DNA of 64,000 nt, taken from assembly GCA_965248925.1 (NCBI GenBank), contig CBDFLE010000006.1, forward strand, positions 2,848,001 to 2,912,000. Reading direction: 5' to 3'. The stretch's first letter is position 1. Each line of letters starts with the position of its first letter. Made by a program: the position numbers and the translations under genes. The stretch comes from Candidatus Multivoradales bacterium. GTDB taxonomy: Bacteria; Acidobacteriota; Thermoanaerobaculia; Multivoradales; J023. Of this stretch, positions 49,652 to 58,079 are shown piece by piece. The notes beneath the pieces were generated by a model that searched no databases, had not been told where the DNA came from, and was given only the letters and a program-made list of their open reading frames with translations.

Positions 49652-51058
49652 CTAGTCCCGGCGCTGGTCCCGGCGCTTGCGGCTCGCCCAATCTTCGATG
49701 TTGCGCTGCCGGGCGCGGCCAACGCCGAGGGCACCCGGCGGCACGTTCTGGGTGATCGTCGAGCCGGCGGCGGTGGTGGCTCCAGCACCGACCTCGACCG
49801 GTGCCACCAGCATAGTGTCGCTGCCGACGAAGGCACCGGCGCCGATTTCGGTGCGATGTTTGTTCTTGCCGTCGTAGTTGCAGGTCACCACTCCGGCACC
49901 GATGTTGGCGCCGGCGCCAACTGTGGCATCGCCCAGGTAGGTCAGGTGGCTGGTCTTGCTGCCCGCCCCCAGGGTGGTTTTCTTGAGTTCGACGAAATTG
50001 CCCACCTTGCTGCCCTCGCCAAGCACGGTGGCCGGTCGCAACCGGGCGAAGGGCCCGACGCTGGCCGCCTTGCCGACCCGCGCGCCATCGAGCACGCTGT
50101 AGGGTTCAATGCGGACGCCATCACCGATCTCGCTGTTCCGAGCCCAGACTCCTTGTTCGAGAATACAGCCTCGGCCGACACGGGTGCTGCCGGTCAGTGT
50201 TACGCCGGCGTGCAAGATGGTGTCGGCGGCGACTTCGACCCCTGGCTCGACTACTGTACGTGTGGGTTCCAAGATGGTGACGCCGCGGGCCATCAATCGG
50301 TTCAGATGGCGTTCGATCAGCGCTCGGTGAGCGATCGCCAGATCGCGGCGATTGTTGACCCCGAAGGCCTCGTTGGAGTCTTCCAGTTCGACCAACTCGA
50401 CCCCAGCCGCGCAGCTGGCGGCCAGCGAGCCGACCGCGTCGGTCAGGTACAGCTCACCTTGGGCGTTGCTCGGCTGCAGTCGGTGCAGCTGCTCGAAGAT
50501 CGGTCCCGCGGGTAGGGCGTAGATGCCAGCGTTGACGGTATCGATGGCCAACTCTTCGGCGCTGGCGTCGGCAGCCTCGACGATGCGCTGCAAGCGGCCG
50601 TCGCGGGTGCTGAGCACCCGGCCCAGCGAGCCGGGGCAGGCGAGGTGGGCGACGGCCAGGGCACCCCCTTGGGATCCCGCGGCGGCGGCCAGCCGCTCGA
50701 GGGTTTGGGGGCGTACCAAGGGCACGTCCCCAGAGAGCACCAGCAGAGTGTCTTCAGCCGTCACGTGAGGCTCGGTCTGAGCTACCGCGTGGCCGGTGCC
50801 GAGCTGCTGGCGCTGCTCGACCCAGAGCAAATCATGGGCGTCCTTGAACTGCTCGCGGACCTGATCGGCGCCATGGCCGACGATGACCAGGATCTTCTCA
50901 CAGCCGGCTTGCCGGGCAGCTTCGATCACCCAGGCGAGCAGCGGCCGGCCGCCGACCTGGTGGAGAATCTTGGGGCTCTCCGAGAGCATCCGTGTTCCCT
51001 TGCCGGCGGCCAAGATAGCGGCGATACGGCGACCGCGGGAACTCTGGCCAGGTGTCAT
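49652..51058 (-). CDS. glmU: Bifunctional UDP-GlcNAc pyrophosphorylase/acetyltransferase
   Basis: LAAGKGTRM.S..PK, QLGTGHA, NAQGELYLTD, hexapeptide repeats and CNYDG. Confidence 0.96.
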   Translation of the reverse strand: MTPGQSSRGRRIAAILAAGKGTRMLSESPKILHQVGGRPLLAWVIEAARQAGCEKILVIVGHGADQVREQFKDAHDLLWVEQRQQLGTGHAVAQTEPHVTAEDTLLVLSGDVPLVRPQTLERLAAAAGSQGGALAVAHLACPGSLGRVLSTRDGRLQRIVEAADASAEELAIDTVNAGIYALPAGPIFEQLHRLQPSNAQGELYLTDAVGSLAASCAAGVELVELEDSNEAFGVNNRRDLAIAHRALIERHLNRLMARGVTILEPTRTVVEPGVEVAADTILHAGVTLTGSTRVGRGCILEQGVWARNSEIGDGVRIEPYSVLDGARVGKAASVGPFARLRPATVLGEGSKVGNFVELKKTTLGAGSKTSHLTYLGDATVGAGANIGAGVVTCNYDGKNKHRTEIGAGAFVGSDTMLVAPVEVGAGATTAAGSTITQNVPPGALGVGRARQRNIEDWASRKRRDQRRD

Positions 51059-51118
51059 TCGTGGCTCCTGCTTGGAGAGCCCGATCGCCTTGACCGTCGG
51101 GCATGCAGCCCGCGGTTC

Positions 51119-51739
51119 TTAGGCGGCGGCGCCCGGACGGGCTACCAGGCTCTGGAAGTCCTCGTTTTCGCGCAAATCCTCGAGATCCGGGTCATGGAAG
51201 GCATGAATGCGGTTCTTGGGCTCCAATTCGATCGCTCGGGCGAGGCTCTCAAGAGCTGCTTCCTCGGCGCCGGCCATGGCTTGCACGGACGCTTGCAGGT
51301 AGGCGAAACGCTCGTCTTTGGCTTTGCTGTGCTGTTCGCAAAGCTTCAGCGCGGCATCCAAGTTGCCTCGATTCTTCTCGATCACCGCCTGCAGGTAGGG
51401 GTCTTTGGTTTCTATCTCATCGCGCAGTTGGCTCTCGCAGATCTCGAGGTTCTGCCGCGCGCGGTCGCGCAGCGACATACTAGCGGTTTCTTCGATGACT
51501 AGGCGCAGCGTGTCGGCGGCCTTCTGCCACTTCTTGCCATGCAATTGTTCGAGCCCCGCGGCGTAGGTCTTAAGGGCGACGTCTTGGAACGCCTCGCGCG
51601 GCTCGCTCAAGCCCAACTCGCCGAGCTTGGAAATCACCACGATAGGCTCGACCTTGAAGCGCTGAGCGAGCTCAGCAACATCGTTCTGGTGGTTTTTGGT
51701 CAGGTAATTAGTCTCTGCTTTGGTCCAACGTTTCGGCAT
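51119..51739 (-). CDS. TPR-like hypothetical protein
   Basis: Short N-terminal HTH-like segment, then TPR-like helices ending 'ALESLARAIELEP.NR..A..DPDL..LR'. Confidence 0.7.
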   Translation of the reverse strand: MPKRWTKAETNYLTKNHQNDVAELAQRFKVEPIVVISKLGELGLSEPREAFQDVALKTYAAGLEQLHGKKWQKAADTLRLVIEETASMSLRDRARQNLEICESQLRDEIETKDPYLQAVIEKNRGNLDAALKLCEQHSKAKDERFAYLQASVQAMAGAEEAALESLARAIELEPKNRIHAFHDPDLEDLRENEDFQSLVARPGAAA

Positions 51740-51772
51740 ATCTCTCCCGGATCGACGGGGTCGTCGTCGGCG

Positions 51773-52357
51773 CTATCGTTTGCGCAATTCGACAAGTATT
51801 TGCTTGGCGACCGACTTCAGGGTGTCGAAAACGCCTCGGCCATTGGTGGCCACGGCCTCGAAGGTCGGTTCGCGTTTGAAGTTCAAGATGCGGTACATCT
51901 CGTCTGCTGCTACGACGTTAGGGAGGTCGCGCTTGTTGAACTGCAGCGCGTAGGGCAGCTCAGCCAAGTCGAGACCGTGCTCCTTGAGGTTGACCTCCAG
52001 GTTGCGGATCGACTCGACATTCGAGTCCATCCGCTCCAATTGGCTATCGCCGACGAAGATAACCCCGTCGGCCCCTTTGAGGATCAGCTTGCGGCTGGCG
52101 TCGTAGAACACCTGGCCGGGCACCGTGTAGAGGTGAAACCGGGTGGTGAAACCACGGATTGAACCCAGATCGAGGGGCAGGAAATCGAAGAACAACGTGC
52201 GATCGGTCTCGGTCGCCAGCGAGATCATCTTGCCCTTGGCGTCCGGCGCCGTCTTGTTGTAAATGTACTGCAGGTTGGTCGTCTTGCCACCAAGCCCAGG
52301 GCCATAGTAGACGATTTTGCAGTTGATTTCTTTCGCTGCGTAATTGATGAAGGTCAT
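51773..52357 (-). CDS. mglA: MglA family small GTPase
   Basis: [44 protein letters not shown] and NKRDLP, closely matching the Myxococcus MglA signature. Confidence 0.95.
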   Translation of the reverse strand: MTFINYAAKEINCKIVYYGPGLGGKTTNLQYIYNKTAPDAKGKMISLATETDRTLFFDFLPLDLGSIRGFTTRFHLYTVPGQVFYDASRKLILKGADGVIFVGDSQLERMDSNVESIRNLEVNLKEHGLDLAELPYALQFNKRDLPNVVAADEMYRILNFKREPTFEAVATNGRGVFDTLKSVAKQILVELRKR

Positions 52358-52471
52358 GGGAAAATTCTCTAAGAGCGGCGACCAACCCGCCTCCCAGGCC
52401 CGAGGCTCTGGTCTTAAATCCTGCGCCGACGAGTGGCGGAACTCACCTGCCCTGGTGCCTGGTCCTGGCGA

Positions 52472-52960
52472 TCAGTCGGTGAATAACGCGTCGATGTCTT
52501 CGTCGGTAATTTCCGCGAATGGAGTGTGTGAAGTTTGCCCTGCGGGGACCGCTGCTGCCGCCTTCTCCGTCATCGCCTCGAAGATGCGATCAAACTCGGA
52601 GTCGGCGCGCTTGACCCGTAGACGCACCAAGCCGAGGGAGGAGCGCTCATCGAAGATCACCTGCAAAATGGCTTGCTTGGCGACGGAGGAGGTATGGATA
52701 TGATAGCGCTGCCCCTCGTGGAAGAGCACCGAGAACTCGCGTTCCCCGATCAGTTTGGCGAGACTGTCCGTGGCAGCCACGTTGCCGGCGGTCAGCGACG
52801 CCAGAGAGGTGGTGTCGAAGTGGTCGACGTCACCGGCCGCAGAAATCTGCTGGCCGTTCTTGTCGATCAAGAAGACCGCCTTGGCGTTGGCGTCGTTGTA
52901 TAGCCGCCGCAGCACCTCTTCGAGGCGCACAACCTCTTCTTCGTACAGTATGAGATCCAT
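52472..52960 (-). CDS. mglB: MglB roadblock/LC7 GAP
   Basis: 'L.LYEEE', DKNGQ, DTTSLASLTAGNVAAT, SSLGLVRLRVK and the C-terminal helix FAEITDEDIDALF. Confidence 0.93.
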   Translation of the reverse strand: MDLILYEEEVVRLEEVLRRLYNDANAKAVFLIDKNGQQISAAGDVDHFDTTSLASLTAGNVAATDSLAKLIGEREFSVLFHEGQRYHIHTSSVAKQAILQVIFDERSSLGLVRLRVKRADSEFDRIFEAMTEKAAAAVPAGQTSHTPFAEITDEDIDALFTD

Positions 52961-53082
52961 CGATCGTATGAACTCCCTCGCTCGTGACGTGCGGTCGCCA
53001 CGGAGATTGAAGGTATAGCATAGCCGTTCAAGGCCGTCAAAACGACCCCGCTGTCGAAACACCCCGCGTCAGAGCCTTTTTT

Positions 53083-54816
53083 ATGCCCCTTTTTTCGACT
53101 TCTGAAAGCGATTTCGCCGTCGCGCCGTGGTATTTGCGACCGACTTGGTGGCTCGTGCTGGTGGCGCTGAGTATTCCTCTGCTCGGCATCTTGGTCCCTG
53201 GCCTGGCGCCGCATGGGTTCCTGGTGCGGGTCGATCTGATGCTGTTGCTGGCGCTGCTGGGGGCCTTGGCGGCCCAGCACCAGCCGCTGGGCGGCAGTGG
53301 TTTAGGCCTAGGCACTTTGGTGCTGGCACCGGCCATACACTTGCTCGGCGGTGCCCCGGCGGCTTTGGTGGCGGCGGCAGTGTTGATTCTGGCCGCTACT
53401 CTGCGGCAGGTGGCGATCGAGAGATTAACCCCGGAATTGAGCGACGAGCGCCGCTTTGGGCGCACCCTAGAGAACGCTACTTTGGTCGCTGTGTCGTGCC
53501 TGTTGGCGGCCATCGCCGGGCTCGACCGACCCTTGCTGGCAATTTGGCTCTATCTGCTCACCTATGCTCTGCTCGAGCTACTGTTGGCCCGTCTGCGGCG
53601 ATCCTTCGGCTGGCACCAGATGGTGGCCACCGCGCGGCCGCTGACCCTCGATGCGATTGGCTGGCTGATCGGTTTGGCCCTGGCCTCCACCGCACCGTCC
53701 TGGGGCCGCACCTGGTTGCTGCTCGCTCTGTTCTCGCTGCTCGCCGCCGAGGCTGCCCGCCATGCTCTGTTTCGCAGTGCCGGCGACCGCCGGGTTAGCG
53801 AGCTGCGCCATATCGAGGGCGCTCGGGCGCGGATCCTCGGTGAGGAGGCCGGACTTGGAGGCATTGCCCAGCAGGTGTTGGTGGAGTGCCGCAATATCTT
53901 GCCGGTGGAGTGGTTCGAACTCGAGTTGTTGGGCGAGACAGCGGCGGTGGTGGGCGAGGATCCAGCCGCCGTTCGCTGGTCGGCGGGGCCCGAAGGGGCA
54001 TTGCAGACCGGCCCGCCAGCGCCCCCTGAGCTACCGCCTTCCCTACCCGGCATCCATCGCCGTCTTGGCTGGCGGGTGATCAAGCAGCGGCTCGAGGCCG
54101 AAGGCCGAGCCCTGGCGGTGGTGCGCTTGTGGTGCGATCCGCGGTGTATCGAAGCGGGGGCGGAGGAGCTGCTCGGTTCGTTGGTGCCGCAGATGGCGAG
54201 TTCCCTGGATCGCGCCCGGCTAGACCGTGAAGCCCGTTTCGACGTGCTTACCGGAGTCCCGGTGCGGCGGGTGTTGGAAGCTCGTTTGCAGCAGATCTAT
54301 CGCCAGATCTGTGATCGGGGTCGATCGATGGCAGTGGTGATGTGCGATGTCGACCATTTCAAACGGGTTAACGACACCTACGGCCACGCAGCTGGCGACG
54401 CCGCTCTGCGCCAGGTGGCCGAGGCCTTGTCGGCTGGGCTCGAGGATGGCCAACTAGTGTGTCGTTATGGTGGCGAGGAGTTCACAGTGCTAGCGGAGAA
54501 CACCGAGGGAGTGGCGGCTTTGGCGCTGGCCGATCGTTTGCGGGCTGCGGTCGAGGGGATTGAGTTGGAGTGGGAGGGCCAGCGCATTGAAATACGGATG
54601 AGTTGCGGTGTAGCTGCTTTTCCCGAACTCTATGCGCGCACCGCGGGAGAGCTGGTTCTGCTGGCCGACGAGGCTCTCTATCGAGCCAAAGCGTTGGGTC
54701 GCAACATGGTGATCTTGAATAAAGGGCGGGGTCGCTTTCGAGACGCCTGGGGGCGAGAGATCCAGGACGACCAGGCGACTCTGGCCCCGGTCGAACCACC
54801 GCGCATGTTTAGCTGA
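53083..54816 (+). CDS. Membrane-bound diguanylate cyclase
   Basis: Multi-TM N-terminus, GAF-like middle region, D.LTG, DVDHFKRVNDTYGHAAGD, RYGGEEF and ADEALYRAK..GRN. Confidence 0.9.
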   Translation: MPLFSTSESDFAVAPWYLRPTWWLVLVALSIPLLGILVPGLAPHGFLVRVDLMLLLALLGALAAQHQPLGGSGLGLGTLVLAPAIHLLGGAPAALVAAAVLILAATLRQVAIERLTPELSDERRFGRTLENATLVAVSCLLAAIAGLDRPLLAIWLYLLTYALLELLLARLRRSFGWHQMVATARPLTLDAIGWLIGLALASTAPSWGRTWLLLALFSLLAAEAARHALFRSAGDRRVSELRHIEGARARILGEEAGLGGIAQQVLVECRNILPVEWFELELLGETAAVVGEDPAAVRWSAGPEGALQTGPPAPPELPPSLPGIHRRLGWRVIKQRLEAEGRALAVVRLWCDPRCIEAGAEELLGSLVPQMASSLDRARLDREARFDVLTGVPVRRVLEARLQQIYRQICDRGRSMAVVMCDVDHFKRVNDTYGHAAGDAALRQVAEALSAGLEDGQLVCRYGGEEFTVLAENTEGVAALALADRLRAAVEGIELEWEGQRIEIRMSCGVAAFPELYARTAGELVLLADEALYRAKALGRNMVILNKGRGRFRDAWGREIQDDQATLAPVEPPRMFS

Positions 54817-54837
54817 TCCGACGAGTTCCGTACTAAC

Positions 54838-56289
54838 TTAGCGGCGCCAGTAGGCGGCGGTGAACAGGGCCGCGATCGAATACAACTCCAGCCGGCCGAT
54901 CCACATCAGCAGGACCAACACCAGTTTCTGCCAATCGGCGAAGAAGGCGAAGTTGGCCGTAGGCCCGACCTGGCCCAATCCCGGGCCAATGTTGGCCAAG
55001 GCGGCGATCGTAGCGCTGGCGGCTACTTCCAGCTCGAGGTTGCCGACCGAGAGCAGGATGGTCCCCACTACCCAACAGGTGACGAAGAGAAAGAAGAAAC
55101 CGACGACGCTGCGGACCACCGTATCAGGTACCGGCGAGCCGCCGACCAAGACGCGGATGACCGAATTCGGGCTGAAGCTCAACCGCACTTCGCGCACCGC
55201 CGCCTTGAAGGAAATCACGAAGCGCATGATCTTCATGCCGCCAGCGGTCGAGCCGGCGCAGGCGCCGACGAACATCAGGGCGACGATCAACAGGCGCGAA
55301 AAATTCGGCCAGAGATCGAAGTCGGCGGTGCTGAAGCCGCTGGTGGTGACGATCGAGACCACCTGGAAAATCGAGTCGAGAAGAGCCCGTGGTAGCGAGT
55401 CGTAGGCAGGGCTGCTGAGCAGGTTGAAGGTCATCAAAACACTGGCGCCAAGCAGTAGGCCGAGGTAGATCCGGAGTTCGGAGTCGCGCAATAGGTGCAG
55501 CAGCCCGTGACGCGCCCGGAGTCCGTAGTAGAGGGAGAAATTGACCCCCGCCAGTACCATGAAGACTATGATCACCAGCTCGACAGCCGGCGAATCAAAG
55601 GCACCCACCGAGGCGCCACGAGGGGAGAATCCGCCGGTCGAGAGGGTCGAGAAAGTGTGGGTCAGGGCGTCGTAGAGGTCCATGCCGACGGCCATCAGAA
55701 AGGCGGTCTGGAGAGCGGTCAGGACCAGGTAGATCTTCCACAAGACGGCGGCGGTATCGTGGACCCGAGGATGCAGCGTTTCGGCGGTGGGGCCGGGAAC
55801 TTCGAGTTTGTAGAGGAAGCGTGCGCCTGGCCCGAGTTCCGGCAGCAAGGCGACGAACAGGACGATGATTCCCATGCCTCCCAGCCACTGACTGAAACTG
55901 CGCCAGAAGAGAATGCCACGGCCGTGATCTTCGATCGTGGTCATGATCGACGCGCCGGTGGTGGTGAATCCCGAGGCAGACTCGAAAAGCGCATCCACCG
56001 GGTTACTGAGGGTGCCGGTGAGCAAATAGGGCAAAGCGCCAAAGAGCGAAGCCAGCAGCCAGCCGCCGACCACGATCAACACCCCTTCGCGGCGGTAGAG
56101 GTCGCGCGCATCGCCGCCATAGAGCCCCAACGCCACCCCGCTCAGGCCGGTCAGGCCGGCGGTCAGTACGAAGGCCAGGGCGGCCTGGCTCTCACCGTAG
56201 ATCAAGCAGCACAGGGCGGGTAACAACTCGGCCACGGCGAGCACCAGCAGCAGGCGTGCCAGCACCCGGCACACGGGACGCAGCTTCAC
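54838..56289 (-). CDS. trkH: Trk potassium uptake permease
   Basis: FES.SGFTTTG, WLGGMGI, STGGFS, GSTAGG.K, NIGPG and GRLE motifs. Confidence 0.94.
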   Translation of the reverse strand: MKLRPVCRVLARLLLVLAVAELLPALCCLIYGESQAALAFVLTAGLTGLSGVALGLYGGDARDLYRREGVLIVVGGWLLASLFGALPYLLTGTLSNPVDALFESASGFTTTGASIMTTIEDHGRGILFWRSFSQWLGGMGIIVLFVALLPELGPGARFLYKLEVPGPTAETLHPRVHDTAAVLWKIYLVLTALQTAFLMAVGMDLYDALTHTFSTLSTGGFSPRGASVGAFDSPAVELVIIVFMVLAGVNFSLYYGLRARHGLLHLLRDSELRIYLGLLLGASVLMTFNLLSSPAYDSLPRALLDSIFQVVSIVTTSGFSTADFDLWPNFSRLLIVALMFVGACAGSTAGGMKIMRFVISFKAAVREVRLSFSPNSVIRVLVGGSPVPDTVVRSVVGFFFLFVTCWVVGTILLSVGNLELEVAASATIAALANIGPGLGQVGPTANFAFFADWQKLVLVLLMWIGRLELYSIAALFTAAYWRR

Positions 56290-56332
56290 CGGGCGAGGCT
56301 CCCCGCGCGGCTCGCCAGCCAGCCGGTCATGC

Positions 56333-57703
56333 TCACCTTCGGTGTCCCGGGAAAAGTAAATTGACGGTGGCTAGTTCTTCGTCCTGGACGAACAGGATTA
56401 CCGTATCGCCGACCTCGAGCCGATCTCTGCCTCGGGGCACGAAGACCTTCTCGCCGCGGACCTTGTCGTCGCGGACGACGGCGCCAACAATGACTCCGCG
56501 GGGTGGGCTCATTTCGGCGAGGGTGACTCCGGCGGCCGGGCTGGCCGGCTCCAGCCGGCGCTCGATGACCTGCGCCTGGCCCTGCTGCAGAGAGACGATG
56601 TTGGAGCTGAAACCGCTGTCGATGTAGTCCTGGATCCGGCGGTGGGCGAGGGTTCTCGGAGAGACCACCCGGAGCAAGCCGAGCTTGCGCCACAGATGGG
56701 ATGTTTCGGTGCGATCAACCAGGGCGACGACCTGCGACACGGCGAGTTCTTGGGCCAACAGACTGGCCATCAGGTTGGCTTCGTCACTGCCGGTCAGGGC
56801 GACGAATACGGCCGCGTCGTCGACCCTTTCGGCCCGTAGCAGCGACATGTCGGTAGCGTCGCCGTGGAGGATCTCGAATTTCGGTAGCAATGCCGCCAGC
56901 TGCTTGGCGCGGGCTCGATCCCGCTCGATTATTCTCACTTGATCAGCCTTGCCGGCCAGGGCGCGAGCAACGGTCAGGCTGGTGCCGCTACCGCCAGCGA
57001 TGACGATCGTACCGAGGCTCGGCGGCCGCGCGCTGACCAGCTGCTCGACTTGGTCGATGACCTCGCTCTTCGACAAGATCAACGCCCGGTCGCCAGCTTC
57101 GGCGCGGTCGTTGCCCGAGGGCACGATCAGCTGTCCGCCACGCTGGAAAGCCACCACCAGGCTGCCTCGCGGGAGACGGACATCACGCAGCGGCTGGCGG
57201 GTCAGCAGCGATCCGGCGTCAATCTGGATCTTGCGCAGCTGCACCTTACCCTGGGCGAGGTACTCCACTGCCAGAGTGTTGTGGCCCAGGATGTGGTTCA
57301 GGATCTGGGTGGTGGCGAGCAGTTGGGTCGACAGCATCAGATCGATGCCGAAGACATCTTCGTAGATTCGCCGGTGAATAGTGACTTCTTCGGCGATCCC
57401 CACTCGCACGGCGGTGCGTTGGGCACCCAGATGCCGAGCCAACAGCGAGGCGGCGAGGTTGGCCTCGTCATTAGACGACACGGCTAGGAATAGATCGGCC
57501 CGGCTTACCTCGGCGGCTTGCAGCACTGGTACGTGGGAACCACTGCCGAGGACAAAGCCTACATCTAGCTTTTCCTCGATACGCTGCCGTTTGCTCGGAT
57601 CGATCTCGACCACCACCACGCTGTGTCCGGCGAGGGAAAGGGACTGGGCGAGGTGGAATCCCACTTCCCCTGCTCCCATGACGACGAATCGGTTGCTCTT
57701 CAT
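56333..57703 (-). CDS. trkA: Trk potassium uptake regulatory subunit
   Basis: Two RCK_N/RCK_C pairs (GAGEVG; AGGSG); adjacent to trkH. Confidence 0.92.
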   Translation of the reverse strand: MKSNRFVVMGAGEVGFHLAQSLSLAGHSVVVVEIDPSKRQRIEEKLDVGFVLGSGSHVPVLQAAEVSRADLFLAVSSNDEANLAASLLARHLGAQRTAVRVGIAEEVTIHRRIYEDVFGIDLMLSTQLLATTQILNHILGHNTLAVEYLAQGKVQLRKIQIDAGSLLTRQPLRDVRLPRGSLVVAFQRGGQLIVPSGNDRAEAGDRALILSKSEVIDQVEQLVSARPPSLGTIVIAGGSGTSLTVARALAGKADQVRIIERDRARAKQLAALLPKFEILHGDATDMSLLRAERVDDAAVFVALTGSDEANLMASLLAQELAVSQVVALVDRTETSHLWRKLGLLRVVSPRTLAHRRIQDYIDSGFSSNIVSLQQGQAQVIERRLEPASPAAGVTLAEMSPPRGVIVGAVVRDDKVRGEKVFVPRGRDRLEVGDTVILFVQDEELATVNLLFPGHRR

Positions 57704-58079
57704 ACGTCGATCGACCTTGGCTGTTGCGGCTAGAACTCTGCGCTACGCAGGCATTGAGATCTGCATCTTCAAGAAGCCTTCCCGGTCGCAGCGCGGCGAT
57801 CATCATAGGACAGGAAGTCGACTCTGGAAAGTCGGCTCGCCGCAGTGCGGCTTGCGAGGAATTCGATCGGCGCATCATAATTCGGCGATTACTGATAACC
57901 ATCGGTTCCATTGACCATCGTCTGGCTCTCTGAAATCAGCAAGCTGGCGGGTTGAGCGAAACCGCAAAACCGCGGTACTACGAACCTACGTTACTGCGAC
58001 AACAAAGTCGGCGCTGGCGGCGCCACCGGGCAAAGTTTGCCGGACTGGATGGTTCGGCGAAGCTCCGAGGAGGTTTTCG

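Noticed and set aside
57940-58070. c-di-GMP-I riboswitch upstream of the TonB-dependent receptor
   Set aside because: CGCAAAACC and GGGCAAA words are present but in the wrong order, and there is no GNRA-capped stem.
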